Assembly: GCA_963812155.1 (NCBI GenBank)
Contig: CAWETW010000001.1
Span: 352,001 to 416,000, forward strand
Source of the DNA: Vulcanimicrobiota bacterium
GTDB taxonomy: Bacteria; Vulcanimicrobiota; Vulcanimicrobiia; Vulcanimicrobiales; Vulcanimicrobiaceae
Direction: 5' to 3'
DNA length: 64,000 nt
Shown here: in pieces, positions 39,800 through 48,588 of the stretch
Layout of the letters: the number at the start of each line of letters is the position of its first letter
How positions within the stretch are numbered: the stretch's first letter is position 1
The notes under the pieces: model-generated
The model's database searches: none
Seen by the model: the letters and a program-made list of their open reading frames with translations, nothing else
What the model was told of the DNA's origin: nothing
Position numbers and translations under genes: made by a program

Positions 39800-39902
39800 C
39801 CCTTCGACGCTGCCCGCTACGCGGGCTTCGCTCAGGGTGACACACATTGAGGCGGCTTCGCTCAGGGTGACACACAATGAGGGCGCTTCGCTCAGCGTGA
39901 CA
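39800..39902. repeat. REP-like element array 3 (two units plus a degenerate third)
   Basis: Units at 39824 and 39854, variant near 39885; inverted partner absent. Confidence 0.88.
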
Positions 39903-39968
39903 TGACGGTGAGGGACTCGGCGCGGGGTTGACCGAAAGGCAAGCGAGCCTTAATAAGGAGGATGACTC

Positions 39969-40956
39969 GTGCGCGTTCCTACGACGCTCGTAATGGTTGT
40001 TGCCCTCGCGGGTTGCTCCGCTGCGATGAACCCGTCAACGCCCGGTGGCCGATGCGCCGGCGATGCCGGTATCGGCCGCATCACGAACGATGCCGTTTGC
40101 GGCTCCCGAAAAACACCTTTATACCGCCAATCGCGACGGCACGGCCGGCGTGCTTCTCTTCCGCCAGCAAGCCAACGGCGACGTTGCCCCGTCGTCGAAG
40201 ATCGCCGGCTCCAAGACGACGCTGTCAGACCCCGATTCGCTGGCGCTCGACTCGGCCGGAAACATCTACTCCGCCAACGATGGCGGAACGGAAATCGCAA
40301 TCTTCGCTGCGGGTAAGCACGGCAACGTGATGCCGTCGTGGACCATTTCAGGATCGAAAACTCTACTAGGCCCGACCGAAGGACTCTTCGTAGATCCATC
40401 CGATAACCTCTTCGCCAGCGACTACTCGAACAACGCCGTACGCGAATTCGCGGCGGGCAAACACGGCAATATCGCGCCGATTCGCTCGATCAAAGGCAGC
40501 AAGACGCAGTTGGCGACGCCCACCGGGATGGCGATGGACTCGCATGGTACGCTCTACGTCGCGAACACTCACGGGGGTTCGGTCGTCGCCTTCGCGTCCA
40601 ATAAGAAGGGCAACGACGCTCCCTCGTTGGTCATCTCGGGCTCCAATACCGGACTGCAGCGGCCATTCGCTCTAACGTTCGATTCCCACGGACGGCTACT
40701 CGTCGCCGACGAGAACACGGGCCTGATCGTCTTCGCGAAGGGCGCCAGCGGTAACGCCACGCCGGTTGCGACGATCACCGGGTTCGGTGAGGCCACCGGC
40801 GTCGTCACCGACGGCCAAGACCATATCTACGTCGCGAACTTCGGGGGTTCGATCGCGATGTTTGCCAGCAACGCGAACGGACCGGCAACGCCGTTACGCA
40901 CGATTCAAGGAGCGAAGACGCTGCTCGACGGCGCCTGTTTCCTTTACTTGCGATAA
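39969..40956 (+). CDS. NHL-repeat beta-propeller lipoprotein, paralog 3 (+1 frameshift at about 40042)
   Basis: LAGC lipobox in ORF 39969.. joins ORF 40045..40956 if one C is removed from CCC. Confidence 0.85.
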
Positions 40957-41019
40957 AGCGCTCAACCGGGCGGCCAGTTGGATAATTGGGGCGGCGCAGC
41001 TAATGTGTCGCCCCTTCGC

Positions 41020-43578
41020 ATGCGATTGGAGCGGCGCGCTGGGCGCGAGTCGAACGGCTCGCAGCATTTCGACGAAGGATTTCGCGTCATCGCCGAAGCG
41101 ATGCCGCAACTCGTTTGGGCGGCTCGTCCCGACGGCACTATTGATTATCTGAATCGGCGGTGGATCGAGTACACCGGCGTCGATTTGGACGAACTGCGGC
41201 GGCGTTCGGAAGACGTGGGCGTCATCCACCCCGACGAACTCGAGGAAACCTGGTCGCTCTGGCGCGACGCGATTCGAAGCGGCGAGCCCTACGAGCAGGA
41301 GTATCGAATTCGGAATGCTGCCGACGGCAGTTACCGTTGGTTCCTCGGCCGCGCCGTCCCGATTCGCGATGACGAAGGGGCGATAGTACAATGGATCGGC
41401 ACCGCCACCGACATCGACGATCGCCAGCGCGCTCGCGACCATCTCCGTTTCATGGTCGAAGCGGGAAACGTTTTCGCGGCGCCGTTCGACGTCGATCGCA
41501 TTTGCCGGGACTTGGCTCGCGCCGCAGTCGGCGAGTTCGCGGATTGGTGTTTCGTCACACTGGCGTCCGAAGGCCGATTCGTGACGCGAGCGATCGCGCA
41601 CAAAGACCAAACCCTTCAGGAGTACGTCGAGCAATACCGCGACCGCTATCCGCCCGACGCGCAAAGCGCTCTCGGCAACGTCGTCCGGACCAACGAACCG
41701 TTGCTCGTCGAACGCGTCCGTGCCGAACAGCTCGAAGCCAGCGCCAGCGATGCAGAACACCTGCGATTGCTCCGTATGCTCGAGATGCATTCGGTTATGA
41801 TCGTGCCGCTGTCGGCTCCCGGCGAAGCGGCGTGCGGCGCGGTCACGATGATGTCGAGTGAATCCCGGCGGCTCTTTTCGGACGTCGACTTGAGCGTCGC
41901 ACAGACGGTCGCCGGCCGCGCAGCGGTGGCCATCCACAACGCGCGCGCGTATCAAGAGGAACGGCGCGCCGCGGACATCCTCCGCTTGACGGGACGCGCG
42001 AATCAACTCTTGTTCGAAACGGCCGATCCTTGGCAATCGATGGAGCAAGTCGCACGAATGGTCGCGTCCGAGGTTGCCGACGCCTGTGCCATACTGCGCC
42101 TCGCCGGCGATACCGCACGCACTGAGTTTATCGTCCATCGCGACGCGGCACTCGATGCGGCACTCGAGCCGCTGCGCGGGCACCGGACGCTTCGGCTCGA
42201 CGCGGAAAAAGAGTTGGCCGGCCGCTTGAAACAGCACCGCACGATCGTTCTGACCGAGGACACCGCAAAGATCAAGGAACGCTCGTGGCAGTATCTGTGG
42301 CCGTCGATCGAAGCACTCAATGCCAACTCGACCGTCATCGTTCCGTGGCATACCGGCTCGGCTACCTACGGCGCGCTCGTCGCACACTACGCCGCGTCGA
42401 GAGTGGATCCGCACGACGTCGCGTTGCTGGAAGAGATCGCGCGCCGGGCGGCGGTTGCGGTCGAGCGGGCCGAAACCCTCGAGCGGGAACGTAATATTGC
42501 AACGACGCTTCAGCAGGCGTCACTGCCGTCGATCATTGCCGAACCGCAAGGCCTCGCCTTCGATGCCGTCTACGCTCCCGCGGGGGAGGAAGCACAAGTC
42601 GGCGGCGATTGGTACGACGCCATCGAGCTCGACGACGGGTCGGTCGTCGTCAGCGTAGGCGACGTCACGGGCCGCGGCATTCAGGCGGCGGCGATCATGA
42701 GCAAAGTGCGCCATGCGATGGGCATGGCACCGCTGCACGAGCCGGACCCCACGCGGATTTTGGATTCTGCAGGATGGTTTCTCGGCAAACGCTATCCGAA
42801 CGCGATCGTCACGGCCTTCGTCGGAATTATTGCGCCGGATCGCCGCACGATGCGTTTTGCAAATGCCGGCCACCCGCTGCCGATCCTGCGGCGCGACGGC
42901 CGGCTCGTCGAGCTGTGCGCTGCCGGCCTGCCTTTAGGGCTCCGGCATCTCGCCGCGCCAACCGCGAGCGGAGAGATCGAACTGCAGCCTTCGGATATCG
43001 TGCTGTTTTTTACCGATGGACTCATCGAAGGTCGCCGCGATTGGAAACTCGGTGAGAAGCTCGTGCAGGACGCGATGCGCAGCGACTTGTTTGCGGCGAC
43101 GGCATCGCCCGCACGACTCCTGGCGCGCAGCTGCCTTCCGCGTACGTTGCACGACGACGTGGCAATACTTGCCGTCACGGTCGCACCGCAACGCGTTTGG
43201 AGCCTCTCGTTGGACGATGCGCGCGCGGCCTCGGACGCGCGATCGCAGTTCGTGGATTTCTTGTGGGGCCGCAGCAAAAACCGTGCCTTCGTCAATGCGG
43301 CCGAACTCATTTTCGGCGAGCTGTTAGGCAACGTCGTCTGCCATGCGCCGGGACCGGTCGAGATCACCGTCGATTGGCTGGAACGTTCGATCCTGTTGCA
43401 CGTCATCGATTCCGGACCGCCGATCCCCGTCACCGATTGGCGCCTGCCCGACGATACGCTCAGCGAACGCGGCCGCGGCCTCTTCATCATCGCGCAACTT
43501 GGAGCGGCGCTGCGCGTGGAACACGTCGTCAACACCGGAAACCACGTCAGCGTCGAGATTCCGCGGGATCCGGCGTAG
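41020..43578 (+). CDS. PAS-GAF-GAF-SpoIIE (PP2C) phosphatase with C-terminal HATPase (anti-sigma-like) domain
   Basis: IHPDE/YRWFL/WIGTATDID (PAS-PAC), LQQASLP, VGGDWYD, GDVTGRG, FTDGL, ELLGNVV.HA, GRGL. Confidence 0.92.
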   Translation: MRLERRAGRESNGSQHFDEGFRVIAEAMPQLVWAARPDGTIDYLNRRWIEYTGVDLDELRRRSEDVGVIHPDELEETWSLWRDAIRSGEPYEQEYRIRNAADGSYRWFLGRAVPIRDDEGAIVQWIGTATDIDDRQRARDHLRFMVEAGNVFAAPFDVDRICRDLARAAVGEFADWCFVTLASEGRFVTRAIAHKDQTLQEYVEQYRDRYPPDAQSALGNVVRTNEPLLVERVRAEQLEASASDAEHLRLLRMLEMHSVMIVPLSAPGEAACGAVTMMSSESRRLFSDVDLSVAQTVAGRAAVAIHNARAYQEERRAADILRLTGRANQLLFETADPWQSMEQVARMVASEVADACAILRLAGDTARTEFIVHRDAALDAALEPLRGHRTLRLDAEKELAGRLKQHRTIVLTEDTAKIKERSWQYLWPSIEALNANSTVIVPWHTGSATYGALVAHYAASRVDPHDVALLEEIARRAAVAVERAETLERERNIATTLQQASLPSIIAEPQGLAFDAVYAPAGEEAQVGGDWYDAIELDDGSVVVSVGDVTGRGIQAAAIMSKVRHAMGMAPLHEPDPTRILDSAGWFLGKRYPNAIVTAFVGIIAPDRRTMRFANAGHPLPILRRDGRLVELCAAGLPLGLRHLAAPTASGEIELQPSDIVLFFTDGLIEGRRDWKLGEKLVQDAMRSDLFAATASPARLLARSCLPRTLHDDVAILAVTVAPQRVWSLSLDDARAASDARSQFVDFLWGRSKNRAFVNAAELIFGELLGNVVCHAPGPVEITVDWLERSILLHVIDSGPPIPVTDWRLPDDTLSERGRGLFIIAQLGAALRVEHVVNTGNHVSVEIPRDPA

Positions 43579-43581
43579 CGG

Positions 43582-43848
43582 TTATGCGCTGTGTTTCTGG
43601 TCGTCGAGCGTCTTGAGCAGCGCGTTCGCTTCGTCGATCAAGTGCTGAATGCGCTGGCTGGTCGGATCGTCGGGTAACCGCCGCGCTCCGATCACGGCGC
43701 GCGCGACGGCATAGGCTACCGCTGCGCCGAGGCCGGCGACGCTCAGCCCCAGACCGAGCCAAATGAGCGTCCGCGACGGGCGCTCCCGGCGGCTTTCGGA
43801 GTAATGACCTTGCGCCTCACCCGAGGCCGAATCAAACGGTTCCAACAC
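43582..43848 (-). CDS. Small membrane protein
   Basis: GGAG RBS, one TM helix and an amphipathic C-terminus. Confidence 0.6.
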   Translation of the reverse strand: MLEPFDSASGEAQGHYSESRRERPSRTLIWLGLGLSVAGLGAAVAYAVARAVIGARRLPDDPTSQRIQHLIDEANALLKTLDDQKHSA

Positions 43849-43924
43849 CTTCTCCCCTACTCGAACCGATAGAGACGGTTTCGCAGCGGGCGGGAAAAAC
43901 CCCGGCGCAGCGTACTCCGGCATC

Positions 43925-44755
43925 ATGATCTCGCGGGAGCGGGACGAGAGACCGCACGAGCGCCGGCTGCTGCTCTGGGCGACGATCCTCTCGCTTCTTA
44001 TTCATGCACTCTTCGTGCCGTTCACGGCGTGGTTGGGACTCCTCCGGCTTCCCTGGCTCAAGCCTCCGCCTGCGCAACGCGAGACCGTGGTCGCCTCGAC
44101 CTCCGTGCGCATCGAGCGCCGCCCCATTCCGCAACCGCGGGTGGTGCAAGCGCCCCATCCGGTTCGGGCGCCCGTCGCACGGCGGCCGCATCCCATCGAG
44201 CGCGCCGCACCGCCGCCGGTTCCGCGGCACGAACTCGCGCGCGAGATGCCGTCGGCGGCGCCGCAGCCGCCTTTGCAGCGTACTCCGCCGACGCAGGCGC
44301 CGACGCTGCAGCAACAGATCGCCGACCAAGAACGCAGGTTTTCTCAAGAGATCGCGCAACTGCGCGCGCGCAACAATCCGTTAAGTCTGGCCACGAGAGC
44401 GCCCGCGCCGGCCGCCGCCTATCATCGCACCTATTTCGACGTACCGGGACATCGCGATCTGGACGCGGTGCAAGTCGAACTGATTCCGCTGCGGCACTGG
44501 TTTGCGGGCACGACGATCTGCTACTACACGCGTTACGTCGCGCAATACACGCACGGCGGAAGCGAGGAAGGCACGATTCCCTGGCCGGTCTGTTATCCGC
44601 TCGACGACGACCGCATCGCCCATCCGCCGTTCGTGCACGACATCCCGGTGCCGCTGCCGCCGCCGGGCTACGTTCTTCCGCCCGGGACGTACCTCACGCC
44701 GCTGCTTTCGCGCATTTACGGAAATCGATCCGGAGAAAGAAATCCGACGTTGTGA
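43925..44755 (+). CDS. Proline-rich membrane-anchored protein (TonB/TolA-like architecture)
   Basis: SLLIH TM motif, Pro-rich linker, coiled segment, C-terminal globular domain. Confidence 0.65.
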   Translation: MISRERDERPHERRLLLWATILSLLIHALFVPFTAWLGLLRLPWLKPPPAQRETVVASTSVRIERRPIPQPRVVQAPHPVRAPVARRPHPIERAAPPPVPRHELAREMPSAAPQPPLQRTPPTQAPTLQQQIADQERRFSQEIAQLRARNNPLSLATRAPAPAAAYHRTYFDVPGHRDLDAVQVELIPLRHWFAGTTICYYTRYVAQYTHGGSEEGTIPWPVCYPLDDDRIAHPPFVHDIPVPLPPPGYVLPPGTYLTPLLSRIYGNRSGERNPTL

Positions 44756-45843
44756 GGCGTCGCGCCGTCGAGCGCGAGCTGCGCGCCAATCTCGCCCACG
44801 ACGCTGGCAAATTTGAAGCCGTGCCCGGAGAAGCCGCCGCAGACGACGACGTTGGGATGGCGCGGATGGAGCCCGACGACGAAGTTGCGGTCGGGCGTGA
44901 GCGAATACATGCACACCTTCGCGTCGAGGAGCCGGCCCGCGGCTCCCGGCATCCATGCGTCGAGCGCGCGCGCCACCGGTTCTACGTCGCCATCGCCGGC
45001 GTCACGCCGTAATGCGTCGGGAGTGGTCGCTTCTCCGTGTGCGTGGAACGCGGCTTTGACGCCGTCGCCGAGATCCGGGAACCCGTACAGCAGCGGCAAG
45101 CCGGGCCGGTCGACGAGAAATGCGGGGAAGTGCGCGGCATCCCAGCCGGCCGTTTCGGGCGAAAACCAAAGCTGTACGTTGCGCTGAACGACGAGCGGAA
45201 CGCCGATCCGCGCCATCTCGGATGCGAACCACGGACCGAGAGCGAACACCGCCGATTCCGCTTCCACGTGCGAGCCATCCGACAGCGCAATCCGCACCGC
45301 ATCGCCGGCCTCCCACGACGTCATCGCGGCGTGCTGGATCGTCGCCGCGCCGTGCGTTGCCGCCAGCGCGAGATGCGCGCGCACGGCCGCCTCCGGAAAA
45401 ATGATGCCGCCGTCGGGCTCGAACGCGCCGATTTCGTCGTCGCGTACGCGCAGGTGCGGATACCGCGCTCGCATTTCGCCCGCGGTCAGCATCTGCAACG
45501 GTAAATCGTACGCCAGCGCGGCTGCTTGGGTGCCGGTTACCACCTCGCTCTGCTCGCCCCCGGCGAGCAGCAATCCGGTCAGCTGCAGAAGGCGCACTCC
45601 GGTTCGCGACTCTAGGTCACGCCACAACTCGTACGCGCGCAGCAGCAGCGGCACGTAGGCCGCATCTTCGAAATACGCTTTGCGAATGATGCGGGTTTTG
45701 CCGGTCCCGGCTCCGAGAGCGTGTCCGAGCCCGTATTGCTCGATGCCGACGGCGCGCACGCCGCGCATGGCGCATCGCGCCAGCACGGCACTGCCCATCG
45801 AACCGAGGCCGATCACCGCGACGTCGTAGGCGCCGCGCGTCAC
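44716..45843 (-). CDS. solA: N-methyl-L-tryptophan oxidase / monomeric sarcosine oxidase family
   Basis: VIGLGSMGS, TRIIRKAYFE, CMYSLTPD, GFSGHGFKF. Confidence 0.9.
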   Translation of the reverse strand: MTRGAYDVAVIGLGSMGSAVLARCAMRGVRAVGIEQYGLGHALGAGTGKTRIIRKAYFEDAAYVPLLLRAYELWRDLESRTGVRLLQLTGLLLAGGEQSEVVTGTQAAALAYDLPLQMLTAGEMRARYPHLRVRDDEIGAFEPDGGIIFPEAAVRAHLALAATHGAATIQHAAMTSWEAGDAVRIALSDGSHVEAESAVFALGPWFASEMARIGVPLVVQRNVQLWFSPETAGWDAAHFPAFLVDRPGLPLLYGFPDLGDGVKAAFHAHGEATTPDALRRDAGDGDVEPVARALDAWMPGAAGRLLDAKVCMYSLTPDRNFVVGLHPRHPNVVVCGGFSGHGFKFASVVGEIGAQLALDGATPHNVGFLSPDRFP

Positions 45844-45879
45844 GGGGGGCCTGCTCCCGGCAACGGCCAAGAGCCGACG

Positions 45880-46875
45880 ATGACCGTCTCGGCCGGGTCA
45901 CACATCGGCAACGTGTTTCGCACCGCCGTGCTTTGGGACAACCACACGTGCATGCCGCTCGATCCTCGCGACGAGCGTTTCCTGCCGCAACTCGAGCGCC
46001 TGCGTTCGGCCGGCGTGACGGTCGTGGGATTGAACGTCGGATACGGCGAGCACGGCATCGAGGCGCACGTACGCATGCTGGCACATTTTCGCGCCTGGAT
46101 CAAGGCGCGGCCGGACCGGTATCTCCTCGTCGAACGCGCCGCCGACGTCGCGCTTGCCAAAGAAAGCGGCAGGCTCGGCATCTTCTTCGATATCGAGGGT
46201 GCCAACGCGGTCGAGGATCAGTTGAGCACGATTCCGCTCTACTACGATCTGGGCGTCCGGTGGATGCTCATCGCTTACAACCGCAACAATCGCGCCGGCG
46301 GCGGTTGTCTCGATGACGACGGCGGACTCACCGCCTTCGGACGGGCGGCCGTTGCCGAAATGAATCGCGCCGGAATGGTGCCGTGCTGTTCGCACACCGG
46401 CAAGCGTACCGTTCTCGACGTCATTGCCGCCTCGTCGACACCGGTGATCTTCTCGCACTCGAATCCTCGTGCATTGTGGGACCATCCGCGCAACGTAGAC
46501 GACGACGTCATTCTAGCCTGCGCGCAGCGCGGCGGCGTCGTAGGCATCAACGGCGTCGGCGCCTTTCACGCCGACGTTTCAAGCGTCACGTTCGCTCGCG
46601 CAATCGACTACGTCGCGCAACTTGCCGGCGTCAACCACGTCGGCCTCGGCCTCGACTACGTCTTCGATCAAGAAGAACTTAAGGCGGCGTTTACGGCGAC
46701 GCCGCACCTCTTCGGCGAGGACGCAAAGCGCTATCCGAACGGATGTCCGTTCGTCGCTCCCGAGCAGATTCCGGAGATCGCGGAAGCTCTCTTCGACATG
46801 GGGTACTCCGACGACGACCTGCGGAAGATTCTCGGACTGAATTGGCTGCGCATCGCACGCGAGGTTTGGAAGTAG
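45880..46875 (+). CDS. Membrane dipeptidase (M19) family
   Basis: DNH, DIEG, AYNRNN, SH, FSHSN, HPRN, GLGLD, LGLNWLR. Confidence 0.88.
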   Translation: MTVSAGSHIGNVFRTAVLWDNHTCMPLDPRDERFLPQLERLRSAGVTVVGLNVGYGEHGIEAHVRMLAHFRAWIKARPDRYLLVERAADVALAKESGRLGIFFDIEGANAVEDQLSTIPLYYDLGVRWMLIAYNRNNRAGGGCLDDDGGLTAFGRAAVAEMNRAGMVPCCSHTGKRTVLDVIAASSTPVIFSHSNPRALWDHPRNVDDDVILACAQRGGVVGINGVGAFHADVSSVTFARAIDYVAQLAGVNHVGLGLDYVFDQEELKAAFTATPHLFGEDAKRYPNGCPFVAPEQIPEIAEALFDMGYSDDDLRKILGLNWLRIAREVWK

Positions 46876-46957
46876 CGGCACGCAAAAAGCGAGCAAGCAG
46901 GTTCGGCCGAAGGAAAAACTGAATTGCGCAGACGGCGACGCGTCAAAGGAGGGCCGT

Positions 46958-48319
46958 ATGAAACAGCTCCCGCGTCTTTTTGCTATCCTTAGCTTGGCTA
47001 TCGCGGCGTCGTGTGGCCACAGCGTACCGACGCCGTTGCCGGCAATACAAGCGGCGCTCGGAGCCGTTCGTGCCGATTCTAGGCCGCGAACCGTCCACGT
47101 CATTCCTTTCTACGACTATGCGAAGTCCGGTTACGAGTTGCCGGGGACCGGCGGCCGAGGCGCTCTCATCGGCGACCCGACGGCGCTATACGGTTCCACC
47201 ATGTCGGGTGGCAGTACGAACTGCTCGACGCCATTTAACGCCGGTTCGAATACCGGCTGCGGCATCGTCTATCGCCTCGTTCCGAAGACGGGCACGACGA
47301 CATATAAGCTCGACGTGCTGCACACGTTCAAAGGCGGTTCCGGCGACGGAGCGGCATCGTTGGCGACGCTGTTCATGGACAAGAGCGGCGACCTCTACGG
47401 GACGACGTTCTACGGCGGGCAGTACGACGAAGGAACGCTCTTCAAGCTTCATCCGAAGCCGGCCGGTGGTTACACCGAAACGATCGTTCACAGCTTTGGT
47501 TCCGGCCAAGACGGTGCCTATCCGGTAACGGGCGTGATTGAGGTCAACGGAATTCTGTACGGTACGACCCTCGGCGGCGGCACGTACAGTTTGGATATAT
47601 GCAAGGCCTCCGGAGGCTCGCCTAACGGAACGTGCGGCACGGTCTATCGCGTGAACCCGGCGACCGGCGCCGAACGCGTGTTGCACAGTTTCGGAAACGG
47701 CAATGACGGTGCAAGCCCTTGGGCCTCGCTGCTTAACGTCGGCGGCACGCTTTACGGCACGACCGATCTCGGCGGCGCGCCTGTGCAGCACCTCTGCGGC
47801 ACCGTCTTCAGCATCGGAACCGACGGAAGCAACGAACGCGTCGTCCACCCCTTTTACAACGATCCCGACGGCTGCAACCCATTCGCGAGCCTCAGCGCCG
47901 TCAACGGCACGCTGTACGGCACGACCTGTTGCGGCGGCGGCAACTTCTGCCCTAATACGTGCAACGGAACGCTTTTTAGTGTGGACCTCTCAACCGGGAA
48001 AGAGCAAGTATTGCACAAGTTTGGACAGGGGCAGGACGGTGCGGAGCCCGTCGACCCTGTAGTGAACGTGCACGGCGTGCTCTACGGAACGACGGACATC
48101 GGAGGCACCGGTGACTGCGACACCAACGGATGCGGCACCGTTTTCAGCTACGCGCCCTCACCGACGAGTCCGGCGTACGCCGTGGTTCACTACTTCAATG
48201 GCTCCAACGAAGGCGGCAACCCAACTGCTGCGCTTCTGTATTCGCAAGGCTCCTTTTACGGTACGACGTCGTTCGGCGGCAAGAAAGGCTTCGGAGCGGC
48301 GGACCAACTGTCGCAGTAG
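46958..48319 (+). CDS. Choice-of-anchor tandem repeat (GloVer-like) lipoprotein
   Basis: Repeated LHSF....DGA.P...L....G.LYGTT..GG...CGTVF; AASC lipobox. Confidence 0.85.
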   Translation: MKQLPRLFAILSLAIAASCGHSVPTPLPAIQAALGAVRADSRPRTVHVIPFYDYAKSGYELPGTGGRGALIGDPTALYGSTMSGGSTNCSTPFNAGSNTGCGIVYRLVPKTGTTTYKLDVLHTFKGGSGDGAASLATLFMDKSGDLYGTTFYGGQYDEGTLFKLHPKPAGGYTETIVHSFGSGQDGAYPVTGVIEVNGILYGTTLGGGTYSLDICKASGGSPNGTCGTVYRVNPATGAERVLHSFGNGNDGASPWASLLNVGGTLYGTTDLGGAPVQHLCGTVFSIGTDGSNERVVHPFYNDPDGCNPFASLSAVNGTLYGTTCCGGGNFCPNTCNGTLFSVDLSTGKEQVLHKFGQGQDGAEPVDPVVNVHGVLYGTTDIGGTGDCDTNGCGTVFSYAPSPTSPAYAVVHYFNGSNEGGNPTAALLYSQGSFYGTTSFGGKKGFGAADQLSQ

Positions 48320-48510
48320 CATCGGTTTCTAGGCAGCCCGCTCGGTGCGGACAAGAACGCCGCCGTAAGGAATGCTTCCGCGATGACAAGCAGCTGTTTT
48401 ATGCGCGTATTCGAAACGTCCATCTGATCCTCGTTTCTGTGTAACGGGCTAACGGCGGCCCAGGAAAGCATGCATCGATGATGCCGTTCCGGAGCGATCG
48501 GCGGAACGGA

Positions 48511-48537
48511 CACTTGGACAAACGACTTGGACAAGTG
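48511..48537. promoter_or_regulatory. Direct repeat ACTTGGACAA x2 within CACTTG...CAAGTG inverted ends, candidate operator
   Basis: Copies at 48512 and 48525, upstream of the XRE-STAND gene. Confidence 0.45.
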
Positions 48538-48588
48538 ACCGGGCCGTTCGCGGGAGCCGTTCACGCGGGAGCGAAGGTTAGGGCGGGA

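Noticed and set aside
37625..40956. Diversity-generating retroelement or integron driving paralog variation
   Set aside because: There is no reverse transcriptase, template repeat or integron integrase in the window, and the differences include indels and are not evidently adenine-specific.
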